Part shown: in pieces, positions 28,916-39,400 of the stretch
How positions within the stretch are numbered: position 1 is the stretch's first letter
How the letters are laid out: every line of letters starts with the position of its first letter
NCBI GenBank assembly: GCA_039805545.1
Contig: JBDLUA010000007.1
Coordinates: 1,252 to 65,251 of the forward strand
Direction of reading: 5' to 3'
DNA length: 64,000 bases
From: Candidatus Parcubacteria bacterium
GTDB taxonomy: Bacteria > Patescibacteriota > Minisyncoccia > Phycocordibacterales > JAACPR01
Translations under genes and position numbers: made by a program
Notes under the pieces: generated by a model
What the model saw: the letters and a program-made list of their open reading frames with translations, nothing else
Databases searched by the model: none
What the model was told of the DNA's origin: nothing

Positions 28916-29754
28916 AATACAATTTTTAATCCTTTAATCGCGGGAGCGGGTTTGTATTGTTTTTTGAAGTGTTTTGTAATTTCTTCTACAAGCTTAATAT
29001 CTTTCTTTTCTGCTTTTGAAAAAGATTTTGGAGGTAGCATAAGTGTAACTTTTTTATGTGAATGTTTTCTTTTAATAATTTCCTTTGCAGTATCATAATG
29101 AATGTCATAGATGTGTGCATTTGAAATTGTGTGAGTATAAATTCCTGGTTTTACTTCAAGTTCTTGTGCAAGGATACATTGAAGCAATGCAAAACCGGCA
29201 ACATCATGAGGAAATCCAAGAATCATATCGTTTGATCGAACTACAAGATGAAGATGAAGTTTTCCTCCGATGATGTTTACGGTGAATGTATATGGACAAG
29301 GAACATTCTTTTTTACGACACCACCAAGTCCATCACTTGCAGGATCCCACATTACAACTACTCCATGTCGTGAGCTTGGATCTTTTTTTAATAAATCAAT
29401 AAGAAGTTTGAGTTGATCCCGACCAAAATGCTTTCGCCATCGATATCCATATGCAACAGTTACTACATCTCCAGGATTTGTAAAAATATCCCAAATTTTT
29501 GTGAAATTTCTAAGGAAGTCAGCAGGTTTACGAGATCCAGAGATAAACCATGCCTGTTCAGCAACAAAGAGTTGAATAGGAATCTCTCGAAGTGTAAGAA
29601 GAGGAAAGCCATCCTTCTCTATATCCATAGAAAACGTAAGTCCAGGAAGCGCTTTGGTCTCATGACCTGTTCGGGCATTTTTTTCGGCAATGCCGTCTTT
29701 CATAATATCTTTTAAAAGATTTTGATAAATTGTGTCGAATTTGGTCATTGGCAT
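28912..29754 (-). CDS. Thymidylate synthase family enzyme (ThyA-like) with Asn-to-Asp change at the pyrimidine-specificity position
   Basis: Aligns ungapped to ThyA over NVPCPYTFTVNIIGGKLHLHLVVRSNDMILGFPHDVAGFALL vs [41 protein letters not shown]. The catalytic Cys is present. The conserved Asn (Ec N177) is Asp here. Confidence 0.8.
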   Translation of the reverse strand: MPMTKFDTIYQNLLKDIMKDGIAEKNARTGHETKALPGLTFSMDIEKDGFPLLTLREIPIQLFVAEQAWFISGSRKPADFLRNFTKIWDIFTNPGDVVTVAYGYRWRKHFGRDQLKLLIDLLKKDPSSRHGVVVMWDPASDGLGGVVKKNVPCPYTFTVNIIGGKLHLHLVVRSNDMILGFPHDVAGFALLQCILAQELEVKPGIYTHTISNAHIYDIHYDTAKEIIKRKHSHKKVTLMLPPKSFSKAEKKDIKLVEEITKHFKKQYKPAPAIKGLKIVL

Positions 29755-29821
29755 AGAGGTATTGTAGCAAATAAGAGAGATTGCAATATATTGACTTCAA
29801 ATATGTTTGTGTCGTTGTTGT

Positions 29822-29854
29822 ACGCGGTTTAACCCCGGCGGGGTTAAACCGCGT
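29822..29854. promoter_or_regulatory. Perfect 33-bp GC-rich palindrome ACGCGGTTTAACCCCGgCGGGGTTAAACCGCGT between divergent thyA-like and dCMP deaminase genes
   Basis: Exact reverse-complement symmetry. It lies in a divergent promoter region, so it is an operator candidate rather than a terminator. Confidence 0.45.
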
Positions 29855-29877
29855 CTTTTTCTTTTCTTCAAATCTGA

Positions 29878-30382
29878 TATGCTCAAAGACATGAAGAACA
29901 TTCAGTATCCATATCTTCCAGAAGGAAGAGAGATCAAATACGTTTCAATTTTAAATCCATTTATGGCTCGTGCAAAAGAAGTCGCACAAACGATGTCGCT
30001 CGACAAGGTTATGCCTGGTGGTGCTATTGTCGTTAAAGATGGTCAAATCATCGGTGAAGACGGAAATGGAAGTGATTATCACGAAACTCATGAGTGCGAA
30101 CGAGTGAAGCAAAACTGCCCAAGTGGACAAGGGTATGAACTCTGTGAAGGGTGTCATCCTAAGAATCACTCTGAACGAAGTGCCATCACAGATGCTTTGG
30201 AGAGAGGTAACAATCCGCAAGGGGCAGACCTGTATCTTTGGGGTCATTGGTGGTGCTGTGAACCGTGTTGGGATGAGATGATTAAGGCAGGGATCAAAGA
30301 TGTATACCTGCTTGAGGGGAGTGAGGAACTCTTTGATAAAAATCATCCAAACAATATTGTTGGGCGGCAATTTGAGGGCTAA
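29878..30382 (+). CDS. dCMP deaminase-like (cytidine/deoxycytidylate deaminase zinc-binding family)
   Basis: HSERSAI (H-x-E) and CCEPCWDEMIKAGIKDVYL (PCxxC) zinc motifs. The ORF-track 5' extension at 29807 is the palindrome read in frame. A GC-hairpin terminator follows at 30402-30440. Confidence 0.7.
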
Positions 30383-30472
30383 ATGGCTGCGAAAGCGGCG
30401 CGATCCCGAAGGGATCGCGCCGCATTTTCTTTGTGCTACAAAAAAGACACAAACAGCTTTAACGAATTCATC

Positions 30473-31645
30473 ATGAAGGATACACAAGTAGAAAAGCTCA
30501 TCAAAGCAGAGCGAGAGCGACAGGGTAAAGTTATTAACTTAATTGCATCCGAAAATATTGTATCCAAGGATGTTCTTGAAGCACTCGGAAGTGAACTCAC
30601 AAACAAATATGCAGAAGGATATTCTCATGCACGATACTATGGCGGAAATGAAATCATAGACAAAGTAGAAGATCTTTGTATCGAACGAGCACTTAAAACT
30701 TTTGGTCTTTCAGAAAATAAATGGCATGTAAATGTACAACCTCTTTCTGGTTCTCCTGCAAACCTTGGAGTATATTCTGCACTTCTAAATCCTGGTGACA
30801 AAATTATGGCAATGGATCTTTCTCATGGAGGACACCTTACACATGGATTTAAAGTTTCTTTCACAGGAAAAATTTATACTCAAATTGCATACGGTGTAGA
30901 CGAAAAAACTTTTATGCTTGATTACGACAAACTCGCTGCTCTCGCAAAAAAAGAAAAACCAAAACTTATTATCACAGGATACTCTGCATATCCACGAAAA
31001 ATTAATTTCAAAAAGTTTAGAGAAATTGCAGATAGTGTAGGCGCACTTCTTATGGTTGATATGGCACACATTGCAGGACTTGTTGCAGCAGGTGCCCATC
31101 CAAGTCCATTTACCTATGCAAATATTGTAACTTCAACAACACATAAGACACTTAGAGGTCCACGATCTGGAATTATTTTTGTAAAAAAAGACACACGAGA
31201 GTTGGATAAAAAAATAGACAAGGCAGTGTTTCCAGGACTTCAAGGTGGTCCACATATGAATCAAATTGCAGCGGTTGCAGTTGCTCTCAAAGAAGCACAA
31301 ACTCCCGCATACAAAAAATATATTGAACAAGTATGTAAGAATGCAAAAGTACTCGCTGATGAACTTAAAAAAAGAGGATGGAGAATTCTTTCTGGAGGAA
31401 CAGATAACCATCTAGTTCTTGTTGATGTGTGGATGGATGGAAAGGGAATAGGAGGAAAGGATGCTTCAGATAAACTTGAAAAGGCAGGAATTATTGTAAA
31501 CAAGAATACAATTCCAGGAGAAACACGAACACCAGTGAATCCATCTGGAATTAGACTTGGAACTGCAGCTGAGACAACACGAGGATTGAAAGAGAAAGAT
31601 TTTATTATCATCGCAAAGAGAATAGATGAAATTTTAAGGAAATAA
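30473..31645 (+). CDS. glyA: Serine hydroxymethyltransferase
   Basis: NLIASENIVS, TNKYAEGY and TTHKTLRGPR (PLP lysine) motifs. Start taken at MKDTQVEKL. Confidence 0.95.
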   Translation: MKDTQVEKLIKAERERQGKVINLIASENIVSKDVLEALGSELTNKYAEGYSHARYYGGNEIIDKVEDLCIERALKTFGLSENKWHVNVQPLSGSPANLGVYSALLNPGDKIMAMDLSHGGHLTHGFKVSFTGKIYTQIAYGVDEKTFMLDYDKLAALAKKEKPKLIITGYSAYPRKINFKKFREIADSVGALLMVDMAHIAGLVAAGAHPSPFTYANIVTSTTHKTLRGPRSGIIFVKKDTRELDKKIDKAVFPGLQGGPHMNQIAAVAVALKEAQTPAYKKYIEQVCKNAKVLADELKKRGWRILSGGTDNHLVLVDVWMDGKGIGGKDASDKLEKAGIIVNKNTIPGETRTPVNPSGIRLGTAAETTRGLKEKDFIIIAKRIDEILRK

Positions 31646-31662
31646 TATATACTCAATCCAAT

Positions 31663-32292
31663 ATGAGCACATCAAAAGGAAAACTTATCGTAATTGATGC
31701 AGGTGATGGTGCAGGAAAATCCACTCAAATAGAGAACCTTCGAAAACTCTTTGGTGAAAGATTCTTACTTACAAGGGAACCTGGCGGAACAGAATATGCT
31801 GAAGCAATTCGAACTCTTGCCCTAGATCATCCTCTTGCCAAAGATGCAGATGGAAAAACATTGTTCATGCTTATGTGGGCATCACGTGCAGAGCATATGA
31901 ACCATCTCGTTATACCATCTTTGAAAGAAGGGAAGATTATTGTGAGTGATAGATTTGATTCTGCAACTTTTGCCTACAATGTCTGTGCACAAGGACAAGA
32001 ACAACTCAAGGATTACTTTTGGGACACCCGCAAAATGGTTCTTGGTGATTATGCACCAGATCTTTATCTGTATTTGGATCTACCTCCCGAGATTGGGGAG
32101 GAAAGGTTATCCGGTCGTGATGATACTAAGAATCATTTCGATCAAAGACCGATGGACTTCAAATATAAAGTTCGAGAAGGCTTTTTAGAATTTTGTGAGA
32201 AGGTCCCACATGCAGTTGTTGATGCAACTCAAAGTAAGGAAAAAATGTTCGAGGATATTTTGAGAATTTTGAAAGAATATAATATTGCATAG
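31663..32292 (+). CDS. tmk: Thymidylate kinase
   Basis: P-loop IVIDAGDGAGKST, TREPGGT and DRF motifs. Confidence 0.9.
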   Translation: MSTSKGKLIVIDAGDGAGKSTQIENLRKLFGERFLLTREPGGTEYAEAIRTLALDHPLAKDADGKTLFMLMWASRAEHMNHLVIPSLKEGKIIVSDRFDSATFAYNVCAQGQEQLKDYFWDTRKMVLGDYAPDLYLYLDLPPEIGEERLSGRDDTKNHFDQRPMDFKYKVREGFLEFCEKVPHAVVDATQSKEKMFEDILRILKEYNIA

Positions 32293-32349
32293 TTGAAGGC
32301 GGGCGACCCGAAGGGTTGCCCGCCTTTTTCTTTTTGTTAAAGTATACTC

Positions 32350-32772
32350 ATGAACATTAAAGTAAAAAAACTACATCCAGATGCTGTTGTTCCAAAGATT
32401 GCACACACAGGGGATGCTGGGTGTGATTTATTTGCAACAGAGAGCGTGACTTTAAAGCCAGGAGAAAGAGGGCAAGTCCCTACGGGACTTGCCCTCGAAA
32501 TCCCGCAAGGCTACGTAGCACTCATCTGGGACAAGAGCGGAGTTTCTCATAAAGGGGGTATCAAAACCCTTGGTGGTGTGATAGATTCTGGGTATCGAGG
32601 TGAGTGGTTGGTTGGTGTAATTAACCTTGGGATAGAAGAGTATACCTTTGAAAAAGGTCATAAGGTTGCCCAATTTCTAATTCAAAAAATAGAAACACCA
32701 ACTTTTGAAGAAGTGATAGAATTATCTGATACAAGTAGGGGAGATAACGGATTTGGGAGTACAGGAAAATAA
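32350..32772 (+). CDS. dut: dUTP diphosphatase
   Basis: AGCDL, GLALEIPQGY, and GVIDSGYRGE motifs of trimeric dUTPase. Confidence 0.9.
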   Translation: MNIKVKKLHPDAVVPKIAHTGDAGCDLFATESVTLKPGERGQVPTGLALEIPQGYVALIWDKSGVSHKGGIKTLGGVIDSGYRGEWLVGVINLGIEEYTFEKGHKVAQFLIQKIETPTFEEVIELSDTSRGDNGFGSTGK

Positions 32773-32811
32773 CCTTCGCTCCGACCGAATTCGGTCGGAG
32801 CGAGCAAAAAA

Positions 32812-34495
32812 TATGCAAGAAAAAATAAAACAATATATAGAAGAAATTTTAAAAGAACTTGAACTACCTCAAGTTAATTTTGATGTTGAACTTCCAAAAG
32901 ATATTTCAAATGGAGATTTTTCTACAAATATCTCTCTTGTACTTTCAAAACAAGTTGGGAAAAACCCAAAAGAAATTGCAGAACAAGTTTTAACTATTTT
33001 AAAAACAAAAAATTATCCCGAATTTTCTAATATCGAAATCGCCGGTCCTGGTTTCATAAACTTCTACCTTTCAAAAGAATATTTTGAATCTCAAATTGCA
33101 CAACCTGTTTCAAAAATAGAAACTCAATATACTGATAAAGAAATCATAATGGAATATATTGACCCTAATCCATTTAAACAATTTCACATCGGTCATTTGA
33201 TGGCTGGAACTATCGGTGAATCAATTTCAAGATTGTATGAACTTGGTGGAGCAGATGTAACACGAATGTGTTATCAAGGGGATATTGGCCCACATGTTGC
33301 AAAGTGTGTATGGGGAATGATTCAACATAAGGAAACATTTCCTCAAGATCAAGATTCAATTGAAGATAAAATAAAATTTATTGGAGATTCTTATGTATAT
33401 GGTGCAACTCAATATAAAGAAAGTCCTGAAGTAGAAATTGAAATAAAAGAACTAAATAAAAAACTTTTTGAAAAATCAGACGCAGAACTTCAAGTTTATT
33501 ATGAAAAGGGTAGAGCCTGGAGTCTTGAAGGTTTTGAATTGATGTATAAAAAAATTGGAACAAAGTTTGATACATATATGTACGAGACTCAAACAGCACC
33601 TATTGGAGAAAAACTTGTTCGAGAAAATCTCGCAAAGGGTATTTTTGAAAAATCAGAAGAGAGTGATGCAATTATTTATAAGGGTGAAAATGAAGGTCTT
33701 CATACTAGAGTATTTATAAATTCACAAGGGCTTCCAACATATGAAGCAAAAGACCTTGGTCTTGCTGTTGTTAAAAGTGAAATGGGAAATTTTGTACGAT
33801 CAATTGTAATTACAGGTGCAGAACAAACAGATTATTTTAAAGTAATGCTTGCAGCACTCTCAAAGATTAAGCCAGAAGAAGCACAAAAAACAACTCATAT
33901 AACGCATGGACTTATGCTGTTTAATGGAAAGAAGATGTCTTCACGAGAAGGTGCGCTTCTCGCAGATGACTTAATTGAAGAAACAAAACAAAAGGTTGAA
34001 GAGAAAATTGTTGGCCGAGAATATACAGAAGAAGAGAAAAAAGAAATTATCGAAGTCGTTGCAATCTCTGCACTTAAATATTCCATCCTCAAACAAACTC
34101 CAGGTAAGAATATTATTTTTGATTTTGAAAAATCAATTTCGTTTGAAGGGGACAGCGGTCCATATATTCAATACGCATATACAAGAGCAATGTCTATCTT
34201 AGGTAAGGTGGGGGAGGTTAATATGGATGCAAAAAATAATAAAGATACATATACAATTGAAAAACTTCTTATTCGATTTGAATCTGTAATCACAAGAGCA
34301 ATTAATGAACTTGCACCTCAACTTGTTGCAAATTATCTTGTAGAACTCGCTGGAGAATTTAATTCTTGGTATGCAAATGAGCGAATCATTGGTGACGAAA
34401 ATGAATCATACAAACTTCTTATTACAAAAAAAGTAGCGGAAGTTCTTAAAACAGGATTGAGTGTTCTTGGAATTAAGGTAACAGGGAAGATGTAA
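32812..34495 (+). CDS. argS: Arginyl-tRNA synthetase
   Basis: HIGH-region PNPFKQFHIGHL and the ArgS C-terminal anticodon-binding domain. Start taken at MQEKIKQY. A hairpin terminator for dut lies upstream. Confidence 0.9.
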
Positions 34496-34529
34496 AAGAA
34501 AATGGCGAACCCCGAAAGGTTCGCCATAA

Positions 34530-34994
34530 TTAGTGTAAGAGTTTTTCCAAAAAAACACTACTCAAAGGAAGACCAAGTTTTTGTTCAAGAATAGACCTCT
34601 CAATTTCCTTCAAAAAGTCAGGTTCATGGAAAAATCTGCAATTAGCAATGAAGATACATGGAACTTGAAAATCAAGAATGGTACCACGCCACCCATCGAT
34701 TATTCGATCGTCGATTTCTATGCGACTCGTATCCTTTTCAGAAGTGCAGAGTTCAGCATAAAGTTTTCGGTGAGCCCAATGATGATCATATGTAGTTCCA
34801 CAACAGGATTTTTTAGTGACAGGGTCGATTGCAAATCCTTCAACTTTGTCTCCTGCTGAAGCACTTTTTTTGTACCAACTGCCTTCCCTTTCTTCATGAT
34901 TACATGCTAAGTACCATGCTGTTTCAACTTGCTTCCAACCTTCTTTTGTCGAAGCAAGACTTTGAAGTCGTTCGTATTCTGCCTGAATGTTCAT
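34530..34994 (-). CDS. Hypothetical Cys/His-rich protein
   Basis: ORF only. Contains CNHEE, SCCGTTYDHHWAHRK, and CIFIANCRFFHEPD clusters. Locally elevated GC. Confidence 0.3.
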   Translation of the reverse strand: MNIQAEYERLQSLASTKEGWKQVETAWYLACNHEEREGSWYKKSASAGDKVEGFAIDPVTKKSCCGTTYDHHWAHRKLYAELCTSEKDTSRIEIDDRIIDGWRGTILDFQVPCIFIANCRFFHEPDFLKEIERSILEQKLGLPLSSVFLEKLLH

Positions 34995-35080
34995 ATATTT
35001 GTGATCTTTTTTGAAACATTACTATAAAAAGTAAATTTGTTAAGTGGTTTTATTTTTTAAGAATAGTATATTATTTATAT

Positions 35081-35941
35081 ATGCCAGACAAATACAAAGC
35101 AGTTTGGGTGTCACACTCCTCGATGGGGGACTTTATAAAATGTCCTCGTTCATACTATTTGAAGAATATGTATAAGAATCCTAAGACGGGGAAGAAAATT
35201 AATATTGTAAGTCCTGCACTCTCGCTTGGATCTGCAGTGCATGAAGTTGTTGAAGGACTTGCAAACTATCCTGCAGATAAAAGATTTGATAAGCCAGAAG
35301 AGCTCCTTGTTCGATTTGACACTGCGTGGGAAAAATTTCATGGAAAGATGGGGGGATTTAAAACAGAACAAGAAGAATTAGATGCAAAGACTCGAGGACA
35401 AACGATGATTCAACGAGTAATTGACCATCCTGGAATGTTGAAAGAAAAAATAGTGAAACTTCCAGAAGGAGATATGCTTCCTAATTTTTATTTATCAGAA
35501 GAGGATAATATTATTCTCTGCGGGCGAATTGACTGGCTCTCATACAAACCAGAAGATGACAGTATTCATATCCTTGATTTTAAAACAGGGAAGAATGAAG
35601 AAAAAGAAGATTCACTTCAGCTTCCAATTTATCAACTTCTTCTAAATAAACTTCAAAAAAGAAAGGTAACCGGCGCTTCATATTGGTATCTCGATAGTGA
35701 AGATGACCCTAAAGAGGTGAGTCTTCCAAATGTTGAAGAATCTTTTGATAAGGTATATAAAGTTGCAAAGCAGGTCGCTGATGCCCGAGAGACAGCTTCT
35801 AAGGAAGGGGTAGATAAGGTATTTGTATGTCCACGAGGTGAACAGGGGTGCTTTTCGTGTGTTCCTTTTGAAAAGATATTGAGGGGCGAAGCTGAATTCC
35901 TCGGAAACGGAGAGTGGGGGCAGGAGATGTATATGGTATAG
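35081..35941 (+). CDS. PD-(D/E)xK nuclease, Cas4/RecB-like with Fe-S cysteines
   Basis: N-terminal Cys (DFIKCPRSYY), a core GRIDWL...ILDFKTG resembling motifs II/III, and C-terminal C-x5-C-x2-C (VCPRGEQGCFSC). Confidence 0.6.
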   Translation: MPDKYKAVWVSHSSMGDFIKCPRSYYLKNMYKNPKTGKKINIVSPALSLGSAVHEVVEGLANYPADKRFDKPEELLVRFDTAWEKFHGKMGGFKTEQEELDAKTRGQTMIQRVIDHPGMLKEKIVKLPEGDMLPNFYLSEEDNIILCGRIDWLSYKPEDDSIHILDFKTGKNEEKEDSLQLPIYQLLLNKLQKRKVTGASYWYLDSEDDPKEVSLPNVEESFDKVYKVAKQVADARETASKEGVDKVFVCPRGEQGCFSCVPFEKILRGEAEFLGNGEWGQEMYMV

Positions 35942-35991
35942 CATTGACTTTTCTACAAAGTATGCTATTATTCAAAAACTAATTATTTATT

Positions 35992-36303
35992 ATGGAAAAA
36001 CCAGGTATGGAAAGAGGAATAGAAATAGCATTTATTGTTATATTAATAATCGGAATTCTTTCTGGAAAAGGAAAGGAGATTAATAATGTAAGGGTCCCAG
36101 CAGATCCGGTATCTCATGCTGCACGACAGTCAGAACTTTCTTCTGATGTTCAAACATACGGAGATTCATACAATAATCCTTCTACTGGGTATGGTTTTTA
36201 TTCTTCTGATTATAGAAACTATGCTCAATATACTGATCCTCGAATAGGGTATCAATTTTATCTTGAAGATGCGAGAGAAAACGCACCAGAATATATTTGG
36301 TAA
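35992..36303 (+). CDS. Hypothetical small membrane-anchored protein
   Basis: N-terminal TM. ORF only. Confidence 0.3.
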   Translation: MEKPGMERGIEIAFIVILIIGILSGKGKEINNVRVPADPVSHAARQSELSSDVQTYGDSYNNPSTGYGFYSSDYRNYAQYTDPRIGYQFYLEDARENAPEYIW

Positions 36304-36406
36304 ATAAAAGAAAAAAGCGGCGAAGGCTTTGCCTTCGCCGCTTTTTTCTTTTTGACATACTATTCTAAAAAGAGTACATTTTACTCATAATTAGTAATAG
36401 TTTTAT

Positions 36407-39400
36407 ATGTCAGACACATCAAACAACGAACCAAATCTAAGTGCGGTTGCACAGAAGGAGAAGGAGATACTAGAGTTTTGGAATACAAATCAAATTTTTA
36501 AAAAATCTCTAGAAAAAGATTCACCAAAGGGGGAGTTTACTTTTTATGATGGTCCTCCTTTTGCAACAGGACTTCCTCACTATGGGCATATTCTCGCCGG
36601 AACAATGAAGGATGTGATTCCTCGATATAAGACAATGCTTGGATATCATGTTCGAAGACAGTGGGGTTGGGATTGTCATGGGCTTCCAATTGAGAAGATG
36701 ATTCAGTCTGAACATAATCTTACTACCAAAAAAGACATTGAAGAATTTGGTATAAAAAAATTTAACCAAGCTGCAAAGGCAAGTGTGTTTAAGTACGATA
36801 AAGAATGGAAACATACCGTTCCGCTTACTGGGCGATTTGTTGATATGGATACTTCGTATACAACAATGGATCCTTCTTTTACAAAATCAGTATGGTGGGG
36901 ATTTGGTGAAATTTATAAAAAAGGTTTGGTGTATGAAAGTTTCAAAGTAATGCATGTATCTCCACTTCTTGAAACAACGCTTTCTAACTTTGAAGTTAAT
37001 CAGGGATATCGAGATATCACAGATATCTCTGCAACAGTTAAATTTGAATTAGTTGATGAGCCAAATACATTTGTACTTGCATGGACTACAACTCCTTGGA
37101 CACTCCCTGGAAACGTTGCGCTCGCAGTAGGGAATGAAGTTATATATGTGAAACTTAAATTCGAAGATTCGTTTTACATTCTTGCAAAAGATTTGGTTGA
37201 AAAGAATTTTAAAGAAAAACAAATTGAAATCTCAGAAGAATATCTTGGAAGCGAACTTGTCGGAAAATCATATAAGCCAGTCTTTGAGTATTATGTAAAA
37301 GACAAGTCGCTTACAAATTATGAGAATGGATGGAAAATGTATCCTGCTGATTTTGTAACAACAACTGATGGAACAGGAATCGTACATATTGCTCCTGCCT
37401 TTGGAGAAGATGACCTCAATCTTGGCAAACAATTCAATCTTCCTTTTGTTCAACATGTAAAAATGAACGGAGAAATAAAAGAGGAGGTTACAGATCTTGC
37501 AGGACGACAAGCAAAGCCAAAGCATGATCCACAAGAGACTGATATTGAAGTAATTAAACTGCTTGCGCATAGAGGAACTCTTTTTGCAAAAGAAAAATAC
37601 ACTCACTCATATCCACATTGTTGGCGAACAGATGCGCCGCTTCTTAACTTCGCAACCTCATCATGGTTTATTAAAGTTACAGATCTTAAGGATCAACTTA
37701 TCAAGAATAACAACACTATTAAATGGGTTCCTGAAGCGGTTGGAACAGGACGATTTGGTAATTGGCTCAAGGAGGCAAAGGACTGGGCAATTTCTCGTTC
37801 ACGATTTTGGGGTACACCAATTCCAATTTGGAAATCAGAAGATAGGAAGGATGTAGAGGTGCTTTCATCTCTTGAACACATAAAAGAAAAAACAAAATCA
37901 ACCAACACCTATTTGGTTCTTCGACATGGAGAAGCTGAACATAACATTTCAAAGACAACTTCTGATACAAATGAAGTGCCTAGTCATCTAACACAAAAAG
38001 GCAAAGAACATATCTCACAAGTTGCACAAACTTTGAAAAATAAAAAAATAGATTTTATTTTTGTTTCACCTCTTATGCGAGCGCAAGAGACTGCAGAGAT
38101 TGTAAAAGAATGGTGTGGTCTTAATTCTGATCAAATCATCACAGACGAACGACTCAAAGAAGTTCAAACAGGATTCAATGGAAAGAGTAATGATGAATAT
38201 AAAAACTTTTTCAAAAATCTTGAAGATAGATATGAACATAAACATGAGTTGGGGGAGTCACTCCTTGATATAAAAAAGCGAGTAGGAGATTTTATCTATG
38301 ATATTGATTCAAAATATTCAAATAAAAATATTCTTATTATTTCGCATGAATACCCAATCTGGATGTTGATGTCTGTTAAGGATGGATTGAATAAAACACA
38401 AACACTTGCACTAAAAGAAATGGAAAGAGAGTTTGTTAAGACTGGTGATGTTGAAGAATTAGATTTTGCAAAGATTCCTCATGACGATAACTTTGAACTT
38501 GATTTTCATCGGCCTTATATCGATGAAATTACCTTTGTTCAAAATGGAAAAACATTTAGACGAATCGAAGATGTGTTTGATGGATGGATTGATTCAGGTG
38601 CAATGCCATTTGCAAGTGCAGGATATCCGTATTCAAAAAATGTATTCAAGCCAGGAAACTTTTTCTTCAAAGATAAAGGATTTCCAGCGGACTTTATTGC
38701 GGAAGGACTTGATCAAACACGAGGGTGGTTTTATACATTACTCGTATGGTCAACAGCACTCTTTGGAAAGGCTCCATTTAAACATGTAATTGTAAATGGA
38801 CTTGTACTTGCTGAGGATGGAAAGAAGATGGCTAAGTCTTTAAGGAATTATCCAGCTGTTGAAGATGTTCTATATAAGTATGGCGCAGATGCACTTCGAT
38901 ATTATTTGATGAGTTCAACTGCAGTAAAGGCAGATGACTTGAGATTTTCAGAGAAAGGAGTAGACGAGTCGATGAAGAAGATTGTAATGCGGCTTGATAA
39001 TGTGATTACATTCTATGAAATGTATAAGGATGATTCTGTTGTGCCAAGTAATTCAAGCTCACACATATTGGATAAATGGATTATTGCTCGACTCGCACAG
39101 ACAACTTCAGAAATTACAAAAGCACTTGAAGGATACGAACTTGATAAGGCTTCACGACCACTTATGGATTTTGTAGATGATCTCTCTACCTGGTACCTTC
39201 GAAGAAGTCGAGATAGATTGAAGTCAGATGGCGAAGATAAAAATCTTGCACTTGCAACACTCAGGTATTCACTTCGAGAATTTGCAAAAGTGATGGCACC
39301 AATTATGCCATTTAAGGCAGAGGACACCTATCTTCGAACACGAGAGATGAATGAAGTAGAAAGTGTTCATCTCTGTGCATGGCCTACAAATAATTCATTT

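Noticed and set aside
37890-38510. Intein in IleS
   Set aside because: The insert has RHG/His-phosphatase motifs, lacks the intein N-terminal Cys/Ser and the C-terminal HN-Cys/Ser/Thr blocks, and shows no homing-endonuclease motifs.
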